Notes: generated by a model not told the origin, from the letters alone. Counted from the first letter of the stretch, positions 50,026 through 60,560 are shown. The stretch is DNA of 64,000 nt from Chlorobiaceae bacterium (GCA_037143555.1 JBAWYL010000011.1:6372-70371), one strand, 5' to 3'. Program-made: numbers and translations.

Positions 50026-51521
50026 CCTTTTGTTGAAACGTTACTGTTGTTCATTATGCTGTGCTTGCGGCCGTAAAAATAGTAGATGACAAACCCGATA
50101 AGGAGCCAGCCTATAAGTCTGATCCAGTTTTCGGCCGGCAGTGAGAGCATAAGGATGATGCAGGTGAAAATTCCTGCCAAAGGGACAAACGGCACCAAAG
50201 GAGCTCTGAAGGGGCGTTCAACTTCCGGATGTTTTTTTCTCATAATGAGAACCGCACTGCAGACTACTACAAAGGCAAAAAGTGTTCCGATATTGACCAG
50301 CTCAGCCAGTAGTCTCAGGGGGAGAAGTGCTCCAAGCAAGGCAACAAAAAGACCGGTCAGGATGGTTGATTTCCAGGGGGTTTTAAATTTTTCATGAATT
50401 GCCCCGAAAAAAGATTTTGGCAGAAGGCCGTCGCGGGCCATGGCAAGAAATATCCTTGGCTGACTGAGCATCATGACAAGAAGTACAGAGGTGATTCCGG
50501 TGATTGCTCCGAGTGAAATGATAAACTGTGCCCAGCTGATCCCGACCTGTTTGAAGGCATTTGAAACCGGGGCGTCAATATTGATCTGTTGATAGGGCAC
50601 CATGCCGGTTATAACCAAAGCAACGGCAATATAAAGTACGGTACAGAGAACAAGCGAACTGATAAGGGCTATAGGAATATCTTTCTGAGGGTTTCTGGCC
50701 TCCTCGGCATGGGTTGAAATAGAGTCAAAGCCGATATAGGCAAAAAATATCATGGCAGCTCCAGCAAGTACTCCTACTGGTGCACCTTCTGGACTTGCAT
50801 CGCCAAGAACAGTATGGCCAAATATGCTGAGGCCTGAAAATCCGAAAGGAGCAAAAGGATGCCAGTTTGCCGGGTTTACATACATTGCGCCGAGTGCTAT
50901 GACCAGCAGTACGATCGCAACTTTGACAATGACCATCCCTGCATTGAACCGGGCACTCTCCTTGATACCCTTTACCAGAACAGCGGTCACTGCAAAAGTA
51001 ATCAGTACGGCCGGAAGATCCAGCCAGGATCCGGTCAAGCTCATCATGCCGGTTTTTGGATCAAAATCGAGCGGTGCATTGGCAAAAATTTTGGGCACCC
51101 CAAGGCCGAATATTCCTATGAAATCCTGAAAGTAGTGCGACCATCCGTGAGCGACCGTCGCAGAAGCTACTCCATATTCCAGAATCAGATCCCATCCAAT
51201 GATCCAGGCAAACAGTTCACCGAGCGTTGCATAGGCATAAGTATAGGCTGACCCTGCAACCGGTACCATTGAGGCAAACTCCGCATAACAGAGAGCTGCA
51301 AAAATGCAGGCCAGGCCGGCGAGAGCAAACGAAAGGCTTACTGCCGGGCCTGCCTTGTCATGAGCAGCCACCCCGATGAGCACGAATATTCCTGTTCCAA
51401 TGATGGCTCCGACACCGAGACTTGTCAGGGCAACTGGTCCAAGAACCCTGTTAAGTCTATGTTCGCTTTTCATTTCTTCAAGCAGAAGCGACAGAGGTTT
51501 TTTTCTGAAACTTTGTTTCAA
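50022..51521 (-). CDS. APC-family amino acid permease
   Basis: LGVGAIIGTGIFVL, CYAEFASMVPVAGSAYTY and FAYIGFDSIST motifs. Start probably TTG 51521, because ATG 51554 lies inside the upstream terminator. Confidence 0.92.
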   Translation of the reverse strand: MKQSFRKKPLSLLLEEMKSEHRLNRVLGPVALTSLGVGAIIGTGIFVLIGVAAHDKAGPAVSLSFALAGLACIFAALCYAEFASMVPVAGSAYTYAYATLGELFAWIIGWDLILEYGVASATVAHGWSHYFQDFIGIFGLGVPKIFANAPLDFDPKTGMMSLTGSWLDLPAVLITFAVTAVLVKGIKESARFNAGMVIVKVAIVLLVIALGAMYVNPANWHPFAPFGFSGLSIFGHTVLGDASPEGAPVGVLAGAAMIFFAYIGFDSISTHAEEARNPQKDIPIALISSLVLCTVLYIAVALVITGMVPYQQINIDAPVSNAFKQVGISWAQFIISLGAITGITSVLLVMMLSQPRIFLAMARDGLLPKSFFGAIHEKFKTPWKSTILTGLFVALLGALLPLRLLAELVNIGTLFAFVVVCSAVLIMRKKHPEVERPFRAPLVPFVPLAGIFTCIILMLSLPAENWIRLIGWLLIGFVIYYFYGRKHSIMNNSNVSTKG

Positions 51522-51542
51522 AGGTATGATGGGGTTGATTGT

Positions 51543-51567
51543 AAAAAAAGGCACCTGCCAGGGTGCC
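51543..51567 (-). terminator. Probable terminator after the zinc metallopeptidase gene
   Basis: ggcacc/ggtgcc stem plus an A7 tract (U7 on the minus strand). Confidence 0.55.
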
Positions 51568-51580
51568 CTTTGGTCAGATA

Positions 51581-52273
51581 TTATGAATTTCTACGGTTCA
51601 TGACGGTAAGGAAGTAGAGCAGCTGTGTAATGGCTTGAGCTGCAGCGGCAACATAGGTCAGAGCAGCAGCATCCAGCACGGCATTGACTCCTTTCATCTC
51701 GGCACTCGATACAATTCCTTGTGAAACAAGAAGTTCTTTAGCCCGGCGGCTTGCATCGAATTCTACAGGAAGAGTCACAAGAGCAAACAGTGCAGTTGCA
51801 CCAAACAGCAGGATGCCAGCCCATGCCAGGGTAGTTCCAAGTGTTCCGGCAAGGAACATGCCGGCCATAAAGACAATCGGGCCAAGATTGCTGCCGATAG
51901 AGACTGCCGGCACCATTATAGAGCGCAGCTGCAACGGCATATAGCCCGACTTATCCTGCAATGCGTGTCCGGCTTCGTGAGCAGCAACGCCGACCGAGGC
52001 AATGCTTGGCAGACTGAATACATCAGCACTTAATCGCAACGCTTTGCTGCGGGGATCATAGTGGTCTGAAAGCATGCCCTGAGCGGATTCTATAGTGACA
52101 GCACCGAGACCGCCACGCTCAAGAATACGCCTGGCAGCTTCGGCACCGTTAATGCCGGTCTGGGTGCGTACCTGCGAATATTTTTTGAATGCAGATTTTA
52201 CCTTGAACTGTGCCCATAAGCCAAGAACCATCGGAGGCAGGGCAAAAACAAAATACATTGGATCAAAATACAT
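51581..52273 (-). CDS. Neutral zinc metallopeptidase (YugP family)
   Basis: DHYDPRSKALRLS, VAAHEAGHALQ (HExxH), LPVEFDASRRA and AAALTYVAAA motifs. Confidence 0.92.
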   Translation of the reverse strand: MYFDPMYFVFALPPMVLGLWAQFKVKSAFKKYSQVRTQTGINGAEAARRILERGGLGAVTIESAQGMLSDHYDPRSKALRLSADVFSLPSIASVGVAAHEAGHALQDKSGYMPLQLRSIMVPAVSIGSNLGPIVFMAGMFLAGTLGTTLAWAGILLFGATALFALVTLPVEFDASRRAKELLVSQGIVSSAEMKGVNAVLDAAALTYVAAAAQAITQLLYFLTVMNRRNS

Positions 52274-52420
52274 ATCAGTAAAGATTATCGTTATCGTAAG
52301 TATCGTAAGTACAGGACTAAAACAAGAAACCTGTAAAATAAGTTTTCTCAATTATAAATGAAGATACATTCGTCTGCGGACATATAATACACTCAATTGT
52401 AACATTATAGCTGAAAAATC

Positions 52421-52436
52421 AAAACGATATCGTTTT
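52421..52436. promoter_or_regulatory. Perfect 16-bp palindrome, candidate operator
   Basis: AAAACGATATCGTTTT lies between two divergent genes. Confidence 0.45.
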
Positions 52437-52615
52437 TTTTGCGTATAAAATTTTCATTCTGCCCTGTAAAGGTTTTTATTACAGATTCGATATGTTCTGT
52501 TGAGTTTTTACATTATGAATTGCATTGCTCTGTATCGATAAACGATCAGTCCGGATGAGTCAGCTTGACGTCGACCATAGAAATATATATCACATTGCAT
52601 TAGAGAAGGGATTTT

Positions 52616-55600
52616 ATGACGAACAACCAGAGCGAAAATAAACAGAGGCTCCAACTCGACAACCTGCTGTTGAGTGCTGAACAGGAGCAGCTTTTCAGCA
52701 AAACAGTGGTTGATACTATACATGGCTCATTTTTCATGCTTGATGAAAATGCCCGATTTGTCAGGTGGAACGCATACCTGCGTGATAAAATAACAGGGAA
52801 AACCGATAGTGAAATGGCGGGTGTTGATGCAATATCGTTTATTCATCCTGATGACCGTCCGCTTATACATCAAAAAATAGCAAATGTACTCAATACTGGA
52901 GTTACAGAGATAGCTGAATTGAGAGTGCTTCTTCACGGAGGGCCAAAAACAAGTTGGCGACTGATTACCGGTAGAAGGATAATCATCGATGGTAAGACTT
53001 TTCTTGTCGGTATGGGTTTTGATATTACTGATCGCAAGCATGCCGAGGACGAGCTTTGCCGACTGAATCGTGTAGTCCTTGCAACCAGCAATTGCAATCA
53101 CGCACTGATTCATACTTTTGACGAAATGGAATTGTTGCAAAAAATCTGCAGCATCATCGTTGAAACAGGCGGTTACCGGATGGCATGGGTCGGATATGCT
53201 GTTCAGGATAAGTCAAAAAGCATATCTCCGGTTGCTCAAGCAGGTTTTGAGAACGGTTACCTTGAAACACTGAAGATCTCCTGGGGAGAAGGCCCGTTAG
53301 GCGTCGGACCTGCTGGAACTGCAATTCGTACTGCTCAACCATGTTTTACGCCTGATATTAAGAGCGACCCGCGGTTTGAATTATGGCGTCATGAAGCCAT
53401 AAAGAGAGATTATGCTTCCGTTTACAGTATTCCCTTGATGGTCGACGAAATCGCTGTTGGCGCATTAACTATATATTCCGAGTCGCCGGATGCTTTTAAT
53501 GCTAAGGAAGTGGCTCTGCTTACAGCAATGGCCGACAACCTGTCGTTTGGAATCACGACACTGCGAAATCGGGTGTCGCGTGAGCTGGCAGAGAGCTTGC
53601 TGACGCGAAGCGAAAAATGTTTCAGGACGCTTTTTGAACAGCATTCGGCAATCAAGTTTCTTCTTGACCCCGATACCGGGCATATTATTGATGCCAACAA
53701 GGCGGCAGCGGATTTTTACGGATGGTCAACTGAAGAACTCAGGCAGATGAACATACGACAAATAAACCCCTGCTCATCTGAAGTCATGCACGACACTTTT
53801 GAAAAAGTAAGGTTTTCAAAGCAACACCGGTTTTTATTTAAACACAACCGGGCTGATGGTTCTTTTCGTGATGTCGAGATACACAGTAATTTAATTAAGC
53901 TTGAGGATAAAGATGTTCTTTATGCGATTGTCCATGATAACACCGAACGCCGGCGCTTCGAATTACTCAATGCATTCCGTATTCGCCTTCTGGATATAGC
54001 TGAGACCAGTTCTGTTGAAACATTGCTGAAAATTACCCTTGAAGAAGCCGAAAGAATAACAGGCAGTTCAATCGGGTTTTTCCATATTCTCGATGATGAC
54101 CACAGTTCGATTTCAAACCGGACATGGTCAGCCGGCACTATTAAGGCAATTGGCAAGGGGAGAGAAAGTGGCAGGAAGTTTAACATGAAAGAGAGTGAAT
54201 TATTGTCAGATACGGTAAGGGAGCAAAGAGCGCTGATATGCAACGATGAATCTCCGGATACCTTTTACCGTGTCACCACTGACGGTTATAGAGAGGTCAA
54301 GCGAGAAGTGAGTGTGCCGGTGAAGCGCGGAGATACTGTTTTGGCAGTTCTGGTGTTAGGAAACAAGCCTGACAAATATACTGAAGATGACATCACCTTG
54401 TTGGAATCGCTCGCCGATACAGCATGGGATATAGTTGCCCGCAAACGGTCAGAGCTTTCAGAACAGGGCATACGGGAAGCATTGATCCAATCCCAGAAAA
54501 TGGAGCTGATAGGTCAGCTTGCCGGAGGCATAGCCCATGATTTAAACAATATGCTCGGGGTGATTATCGGTAACGTGGAAATGGCCATGGATCGAGAAGA
54601 AATTCAAGAGCCGCTGCAGCGTAATTTCAAGGACATTCTAAATGCTACTGAACACTCCGCTAATCTGACCAGGCAACTGCTTGCTTTTGCCCGGAAGGAG
54701 CCGGTGATGCCGATAGTTCTCGATCTCAGCACAATGATTGAAAAGATGCTCTCAATGCTCCGCCGGCTGATTGGAGAAAATATTTCAGTTGTTTGGGTTC
54801 CTGAAAGTCATCCAGCTCTGGTAAAAGTAGATCCATCGCAGATCGACCAGGTTCTTGTCAACCTGTGTCTTAACTCCCGTGACGCCATTGGAGGCATCGG
54901 TCAAATTACTATCGAAACCACGATAACAACCGTTAAAAAGAACGATTGTACCACGCTTTCTTCCCGCAAGATACCCGGTGAGTATGTCATGCTTTCTGTT
55001 ACGGACAACGGTTGTGGTATTGAAAAAGAGCATCAGCCCCATATTTTCGAGCCATTTTTCACCACAAAGGAAAAAGGAAAAGGGATTGGTTTAGGGCTCT
55101 CGACCGTTTATGGAATCGTCAAACAGAACAACGGTTTTATTGAGTTTCAGAGCGAGCTGAACAAAGGAACCGCCTTTAAAATTTATCTTCCTCGCCATAG
55201 AGGCTATACAGATCCTGATGAGAGTGAGCAGCCGGAACTGCCGGTCAAGCTGGCCAGGGAAACAATTCTTCTTGTTGAAGACGAACCCGAAATGCTTCAT
55301 CTCAGCCAGCGAATGCTTGAAAAACGCGGTTACATGGTGCTTTCGGCCTCTAAACCCGATGAAGCTATCAAACTGGCGCAAAAACACAATGGTGGTATTG
55401 ACCTGCTTCTGACTGACGTGGTTATGCCCGGGATGAACGGATGTGATCTTTCAAAAAAGCTTCAGTCCGCCATTCCGCAGCTTAAAACACTCTTTATGTC
55501 TGGATACACTACCGATGTCTTTTTACCATATGACGAACCCGATGAGCGAATCCATTTTATCCAGAAGCCATTCTCTTTCAAATCACTGATGATGACGGTT

Positions 55601-55624
55601 CATGAAATAATCAACTCCCGATAA
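52616..55624 (+). CDS. Hybrid sensor kinase (PAS-GAF-PAS-GAF-HisKA-HATPase-REC)
   Basis: FIHPDDR PAS, GETGGYRMAWVG GAF, IAHDLNNML H-box, GIGLGLSTVYGIVKQ and LLTDVVMP receiver motifs. Confidence 0.92.
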   Translation: MTNNQSENKQRLQLDNLLLSAEQEQLFSKTVVDTIHGSFFMLDENARFVRWNAYLRDKITGKTDSEMAGVDAISFIHPDDRPLIHQKIANVLNTGVTEIAELRVLLHGGPKTSWRLITGRRIIIDGKTFLVGMGFDITDRKHAEDELCRLNRVVLATSNCNHALIHTFDEMELLQKICSIIVETGGYRMAWVGYAVQDKSKSISPVAQAGFENGYLETLKISWGEGPLGVGPAGTAIRTAQPCFTPDIKSDPRFELWRHEAIKRDYASVYSIPLMVDEIAVGALTIYSESPDAFNAKEVALLTAMADNLSFGITTLRNRVSRELAESLLTRSEKCFRTLFEQHSAIKFLLDPDTGHIIDANKAAADFYGWSTEELRQMNIRQINPCSSEVMHDTFEKVRFSKQHRFLFKHNRADGSFRDVEIHSNLIKLEDKDVLYAIVHDNTERRRFELLNAFRIRLLDIAETSSVETLLKITLEEAERITGSSIGFFHILDDDHSSISNRTWSAGTIKAIGKGRESGRKFNMKESELLSDTVREQRALICNDESPDTFYRVTTDGYREVKREVSVPVKRGDTVLAVLVLGNKPDKYTEDDITLLESLADTAWDIVARKRSELSEQGIREALIQSQKMELIGQLAGGIAHDLNNMLGVIIGNVEMAMDREEIQEPLQRNFKDILNATEHSANLTRQLLAFARKEPVMPIVLDLSTMIEKMLSMLRRLIGENISVVWVPESHPALVKVDPSQIDQVLVNLCLNSRDAIGGIGQITIETTITTVKKNDCTTLSSRKIPGEYVMLSVTDNGCGIEKEHQPHIFEPFFTTKEKGKGIGLGLSTVYGIVKQNNGFIEFQSELNKGTAFKIYLPRHRGYTDPDESEQPELPVKLARETILLVEDEPEMLHLSQRMLEKRGYMVLSASKPDEAIKLAQKHNGGIDLLLTDVVMPGMNGCDLSKKLQSAIPQLKTLFMSGYTTDVFLPYDEPDERIHFIQKPFSFKSLMMTVHEIINSR

Positions 55625-55660
55625 TTCTTGAAACAGAATCATATTTAAAGAAAAATAATT

Positions 55661-56716
55661 ATGTCTGATTTGTTTACCCCGTTGCAAATCGGTGGCCTTA
55701 CGTTACCAAATCGAATCCTGATGGCTCCGTTGACGCGGTGCCGTGCAGGCGAAGGACGCATTCCCAATGCGTTGATGGCAGAATATTATGTTCAGCGCGC
55801 ATCGGCAGGACTTATCCTTGCCGAAGCCACCTCAGTTACGCCAATGGGAGTAGGTTATCCCGATACTCCCGGCATCTGGTCCCCTGAGCAGATTGAAGGA
55901 TGGAAGCTTATTACCAAAGCGGTGCATAATGCCGGAGGTAGAATACTTCTGCAGCTATGGCATGTCGGGCGCATTTCTCATCCCTTTTTTCTGAACGGTG
56001 CACAGCCTGTAGCACCAAGCGCCATTGCAGCAGAAGGGCATGTGCGGCTGCTGGATAAGTCGGAGTTATATCCGGTTCCTCGAGCTCTTGAGCTTGAAGA
56101 GATCCCCGGTATTATAGAGGCATTCCGCAAAGGTGCCGAGAATGCACTGGAAGCAGGATTCGATGCCGTTGAAATCCATGGCGCCAACGGCTATCTGCTC
56201 GACCAGTTTTTACAGGACAGCACCAATAAGCGGAACGATCAATATGGAGGTTCTATCGAAAATCGCGGACGTTTGATGCTCGAAGTGACCGATGCTGTGA
56301 TCTCTGTGTGGGGTGCGGGACGTGTCGGCATGCATCTCGCCCCGCGTTGTGATACGCAATCAATGGGTGATTCAAATCCTGCAGCTACGTTCGGCTATAT
56401 TGCTCGCGAACTCGGCAGGCGCAAAATTGCCTTCATCTTCACACGGGAACATCTTGGAGAAGACAGTCTTGCGCCGCAACTCAAAAAAGCGTTCGGCGGT
56501 CTTTATTTCGCCAACGAAGGTTTCACCAAATCAACAGCAGAACAGGTGCTTGCCAGAGGGGAAGCCGATGCCGTGGCTTTTGGCGTCATGTATATAGCTA
56601 ATCCGGATCTGCCTGAGCGCTTCCGCCTGAACGCTGCGCTTAACGAACCGCAACCTTCAACGTTCTTTGCCAGTGGCCCGGCAGGGTATACCGATTATCC
56701 GGCAATGTCGAAGTAG
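55661..56716 (+). CDS. Old yellow enzyme family alkene reductase (NemA-like)
   Basis: NRILMAPLTR, LQLWHVGRISH and EIHGANGYLLDQFL motifs. Confidence 0.93.
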   Translation: MSDLFTPLQIGGLTLPNRILMAPLTRCRAGEGRIPNALMAEYYVQRASAGLILAEATSVTPMGVGYPDTPGIWSPEQIEGWKLITKAVHNAGGRILLQLWHVGRISHPFFLNGAQPVAPSAIAAEGHVRLLDKSELYPVPRALELEEIPGIIEAFRKGAENALEAGFDAVEIHGANGYLLDQFLQDSTNKRNDQYGGSIENRGRLMLEVTDAVISVWGAGRVGMHLAPRCDTQSMGDSNPAATFGYIARELGRRKIAFIFTREHLGEDSLAPQLKKAFGGLYFANEGFTKSTAEQVLARGEADAVAFGVMYIANPDLPERFRLNAALNEPQPSTFFASGPAGYTDYPAMSK

Positions 56717-56818
56717 AGCGTTGGCAATTACTTTTGCGGGAACTGTTATTGAAATAATAAGTTTAAAGAGATAATAATCTTGAGCTTCATTATTATAACT
56801 GCCATACCACCTATTGCC

Positions 56819-57127
56819 ATGGGAACCACAACAACGAAAGCTGATCTCGTTAATGCCATTTCGGGAAAGACCGGTTTGGCGAAATACGAAACAGAATCGG
56901 TGGTTGATGCCTTTTTTGAAAGTGTCATTGAATCGCTGAAAGCCGGTAAAAGAATCGAGATACGGGGTTTCGGTTCGTTCAATATCCGGCACAAGAATTT
57001 GCGTGATGCAAGAAATCCCAGAACAGGGGAAAAAGTGACGGTTGATGCTAAAAATGTGCCTGCATTCAAAATCTCGAAAGAGTTCAAGCATGCGGTGATT
57101 GACAGCCTGAAAGCCGGAGCCCGGTAA
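56819..57127 (+). CDS. HU/IHF-family DNA-binding protein
   Basis: TKADLVNAIS, IEIRGFGSF, ARNPRTGE and PAFKISKEFK motifs. Confidence 0.93.
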   Translation: MGTTTTKADLVNAISGKTGLAKYETESVVDAFFESVIESLKAGKRIEIRGFGSFNIRHKNLRDARNPRTGEKVTVDAKNVPAFKISKEFKHAVIDSLKAGAR

Positions 57128-57553
57128 AGCACGAATTTCCTGTTTTACTGGAGCCGCTGAAGAGGTGAAACTGTTTCTTGAACTCTGCCCTGCTTCCGCG
57201 CGGGTTGTTAGAACGAACCTCTTTGCCTGAACTGACAGGCTTAAGGTGACTGTTTTTATCCCTGATAACTGTTAACAGATAATCTGAAATATAGTTACAT
57301 TGATCATACGGCATTGAAAAAATTGAAGGTAAAGGAGCAGCTGTTCTCAGAAAACATCCTGTAGACCAGTTGCAAGTGTTTTATGCATGGATGCAAGGCA
57401 CTGGACTTGTTTTCAAAAAGGCGAACCGAAATGATCAGAATTACGCTGAGGCCTGAGAGCCTCCAATCAAACGCCCCTCAAAAAAACCACACTCATGCTC
57501 CTTTGGAGCCCTCAATCCGGGAATTTTTCGCTTAACCACTAACGCGTATTGTT

Positions 57554-58336
57554 ATGGCAGATAAATTATTCAGAATTCTGCTCGTAGTAGTTTTTTCTTC
57601 ATTTTTTATGTTATCGGGTTGCGATAAAAGAGAAAAAATTACCAGGCTTCAGCAACTTGATGGCAGGGAGTTCGCTGTCCCGACTGGAACCGTCGCTGAC
57701 AAGCTGGTACTCTCAAAACTGCCCAATGCAAAGTTCAAGTACTTCAACAGTGTCATGGATGCCGTGCTGGCGGTTAAAACAGGCAAGGCTGATGCGGCAG
57801 CTTATGATGAACCGATACTGAAGAACATCGCCGCAAAAAACAGCGGCCTATTGGTGCTTCCAGAAATGATAACCACCGATAATTACGGATTTGCTGTTCA
57901 GTCTGATAATCGGGAACTGAAAAAAAATATTGACCTTGTTGTAAGCGAACTGAAAAAAAACGGAGGTTATGATGACATGATGCGGCGCTGGTTTCCCAAA
58001 ACAGGCAATCCCGCTCCAATGCCGGCTATTCCGTTAACCGGTACCAAAGGAGTGTTGAGGCTTGGAACATCCAGTGTGACAGAGCCGTTTTCTTTTGTTG
58101 ATGGCTCAGGCGGCATCGTGGGATTTGATATCGAACTTGCCCGTTATATTGCAAAAAAGCTCGATATGAAACTTGAAATTGTCAATATGGAGTTTGGCGC
58201 AATGATTCCCGCCTTGATTTCCGGCAAAGTTGATATGATTGCTGCATGTATCACCATTACCGATGAGCGCGCAAAAAAAGTCCTCTTTTCTGATCCTTAC
58301 TACATCGGAGGCATAGCAGCAGTTATCAATGAATAA
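57554..58336 (+). CDS. Polar amino-acid ABC substrate-binding lipoprotein (family 3), circularly permuted
   Basis: Lipobox LSGC. The usual C-terminal half (FAVPTGT...YGFAV...RRWF) precedes the usual N-terminal half (LRLGT..EPFSF...GFDIELA...FSDPYY). Confidence 0.85.
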   Translation: MADKLFRILLVVVFSSFFMLSGCDKREKITRLQQLDGREFAVPTGTVADKLVLSKLPNAKFKYFNSVMDAVLAVKTGKADAAAYDEPILKNIAAKNSGLLVLPEMITTDNYGFAVQSDNRELKKNIDLVVSELKKNGGYDDMMRRWFPKTGNPAPMPAIPLTGTKGVLRLGTSSVTEPFSFVDGSGGIVGFDIELARYIAKKLDMKLEIVNMEFGAMIPALISGKVDMIAACITITDERAKKVLFSDPYYIGGIAAVINE

Positions 58337-58346
58337 AGCGTGCAAT

Positions 58347-59234
58347 ATGAAAAAGAGTGTGCTCTTTCTGCTTTCCATTATGTTGCTTTTCACTTCTTTG
58401 GCAGGGTGCCGTAAAAGCGATACGGTCATTACGGGTTTTGCTGATGCAGCACTCTTCAGTCACGATGGGCTGAAAAAAAGTACAGCAGGAGACAACCCGT
58501 TATCGGAGCACAAAGAGACCGGTGGCAATTCCTCATTTCTTGCAGGGATAGCGAACAGCTTTCAGAGCAATATCGTTCAGGAAAATCGTTATTTGCTTAT
58601 TCTGGAAGGCCTTAAGACTACGGTTCTTATTTCGGTGCTCGCTACTGTTTTCGGTACCTTCCTTGGGGCTGTTGTCTGTTTTATGAGAATGTCTAAAAAT
58701 GCAATACTCAATGTGCCGGCAAAAATCTATATATCAATTCTGAGAGGAACACCGGTTCTTGTGTTTTTAATGCTGATATTTTATGTCGTCTTTGCTTCGG
58801 TAAATATCGATCCAGTTTTTGTTTCAGTTATTGCATTCGGGATGAATTTTGCAGCGTATGTTGCGGAAATATATCGTTCAGGCATAGAAAGTATTGATAA
58901 AGGACAGTCTGAAGCTGGTATCGCCATGGGCTTTACCAGGGTAAACACATTCCTTTTTATTATCCTCCCGCAAACTGTTCAGCGAATTTTACCTGTCTAT
59001 AAGGGTGAATTTATTTCGCTGGTAAAAATGACCTCCATTGTTGGATACATCGCTGTACAGGATTTGACCAAGGCGAGTGACATTATTCGCAGCCGTACCT
59101 TTGATGCCTTTTTTCCTCTCATTATGGTTGCTGTTTTTTATTACATGATTTCATGGTTCCTCATGTTGCTCATGGAGTACGCGGAACGCTTGGCCAACCC
59201 TAAACTCAACAGAAAACTGATAACAGACGCATGA
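58347..59234 (+). CDS. Polar amino-acid ABC permease (HisM/GlnP) with lipoprotein-like N-terminal leader
   Basis: [35 protein letters not shown] and LVKMTSIV motifs. The N-terminus [21 protein letters not shown] carries a lipobox. Confidence 0.9.
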   Translation: MKKSVLFLLSIMLLFTSLAGCRKSDTVITGFADAALFSHDGLKKSTAGDNPLSEHKETGGNSSFLAGIANSFQSNIVQENRYLLILEGLKTTVLISVLATVFGTFLGAVVCFMRMSKNAILNVPAKIYISILRGTPVLVFLMLIFYVVFASVNIDPVFVSVIAFGMNFAAYVAEIYRSGIESIDKGQSEAGIAMGFTRVNTFLFIILPQTVQRILPVYKGEFISLVKMTSIVGYIAVQDLTKASDIIRSRTFDAFFPLIMVAVFYYMISWFLMLLMEYAERLANPKLNRKLITDA

Positions 59235-60322
59235 TAAAGATAGATCATCTTTCCAAGAGTTTTGGTAATCTGGAAGTGCTGAAAGATGTCACCGTCAATA
59301 TAAAGGAAGGCGAAGTTATTTCAATTATAGGCCCTTCCGGAACAGGTAAAAGTACTTTCTTGCGTTGTATTAACCTCCTTGACCGGCCAACCGGCGGTTC
59401 AATCCGTATTGATGGAGTTGATATTCTCGATCCGAAAACCGATGTTCCAAAAATCCGGCAGAAGATGAACATGGTTTTTCAGTCGTTCAACCTTTTTTCT
59501 CATCTCTCCGTGCTGGATAATTTGACGCTCGGACCGATCAGGCTGTTAGGAATGAGTAAACAGGATGCCGAGCAGAAAGCTATGGATCTGCTCAAACAGG
59601 TAGGCCTTGTCGAGAAGTCGGGGAGCTATCCTGAAGAGCTTTCCGGAGGTCAGAAACAACGGGTTGCCATTGCCCGCTGCATGGCTATGGACCCCAAAAT
59701 TATTCTCTTTGACGAGCCGACTTCAGCGCTTGATCCAACCATGGTCAGTGAGGTTCTGTCGGTTATTCGCCGACTGGCCAAAGCAGGTATGACCATGGCA
59801 ATTGTCACCCATGAAATGGATTTTGCCCGTGACGTTTCAAACAGGGTCTTTTATATGGATGAGGGCATTATCTATGAAGAAGGTACTCCTGAGCAGATAT
59901 TTGATCAGCCGCAAAAGGAAAAAACCAGGACATTCATAAACCGGATCAGAAGCTTCCGTTATCATATAGCATCTCCCGATTATGATTTGTATGCAATGAA
60001 TGCCGAAATACAAACATTTTGTGAAAAGCAGATTCTGCCAGTGAAGACCCGGCAAAATCTGCTGATGCTGGTTGAAAAGATGCTTCAGATATACAATCCG
60101 CTCCTTTCCGAGGTGCTTCTTGATATAAATCTTGCCTATTCAGAGAAAAATGAAAGTCTGGAGGTTGTCTTTGAAAGCACGGGTGAGCCAAAGAATTTGC
60201 TCGACAACGGCATGATATCTGAAGAGTTCGGCTTGGCCCTCATTCAAAGCGTGACGGACAGCATGGATTACCACCGGCAGAACAATAAAAACAGGTTGAC
60301 ACTGGTTTTGAAAAAACAGTAG
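59231..60322 (+). CDS. Polar amino-acid ABC ATPase (GlnQ-like) with a ~120-aa C-terminal extension
   Basis: [17 protein letters not shown] and [11 protein letters not shown] motifs. The extension begins after FINRIR. Confidence 0.92.
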   Translation: MIKIDHLSKSFGNLEVLKDVTVNIKEGEVISIIGPSGTGKSTFLRCINLLDRPTGGSIRIDGVDILDPKTDVPKIRQKMNMVFQSFNLFSHLSVLDNLTLGPIRLLGMSKQDAEQKAMDLLKQVGLVEKSGSYPEELSGGQKQRVAIARCMAMDPKIILFDEPTSALDPTMVSEVLSVIRRLAKAGMTMAIVTHEMDFARDVSNRVFYMDEGIIYEEGTPEQIFDQPQKEKTRTFINRIRSFRYHIASPDYDLYAMNAEIQTFCEKQILPVKTRQNLLMLVEKMLQIYNPLLSEVLLDINLAYSEKNESLEVVFESTGEPKNLLDNGMISEEFGLALIQSVTDSMDYHRQNNKNRLTLVLKKQ

Positions 60323-60508
60323 ATATATCCCGCCAAAGTTGCAATACCCAACCGGAAATCAAGCACTCACAATTAAAACCCGATGGATCCTCTTGCCCAG
60401 GGCTCCACTGATGAACTCACCGGCCCCCGGTGTTGTTGCAATCAGCTCCCTATAGCTCAGCCTCATCTCCTCCTGACCAGTCTGGTATAGAAACTCATTT
60501 TTGTTAAA

Positions 60509-60543
60509 AAAAGCACCTTATCCATTTGGCATAAGGTGCTTTT
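60509..60543. terminator. Terminator downstream of the chlorosome protein gene (possibly bidirectional)
   Basis: 13-bp stem aaaagcaccttat / ataaggtgctttt with flanking A and T tracts. Confidence 0.85.
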
Positions 60544-60560
60544 CAAACAAAAAGGACAGC

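Noticed and set aside
57128-57553. 426-nt intergenic region as a riboswitch, ncRNA or small gene (76-aa antisense ORF; startless 47-codon plus-strand frame)
   Set aside because: I recognised no riboswitch consensus or protein motif. An Rfam/Infernal scan would be needed.
60340-60505. Startless minus-strand frame NKNEFLYQTGQEEMRLSYRELIATTPGAGEFISGALGKRIHRVL
   Set aside because: It looks protein-like and may be a gene remnant, but I cannot assign a family. BLASTx would decide.
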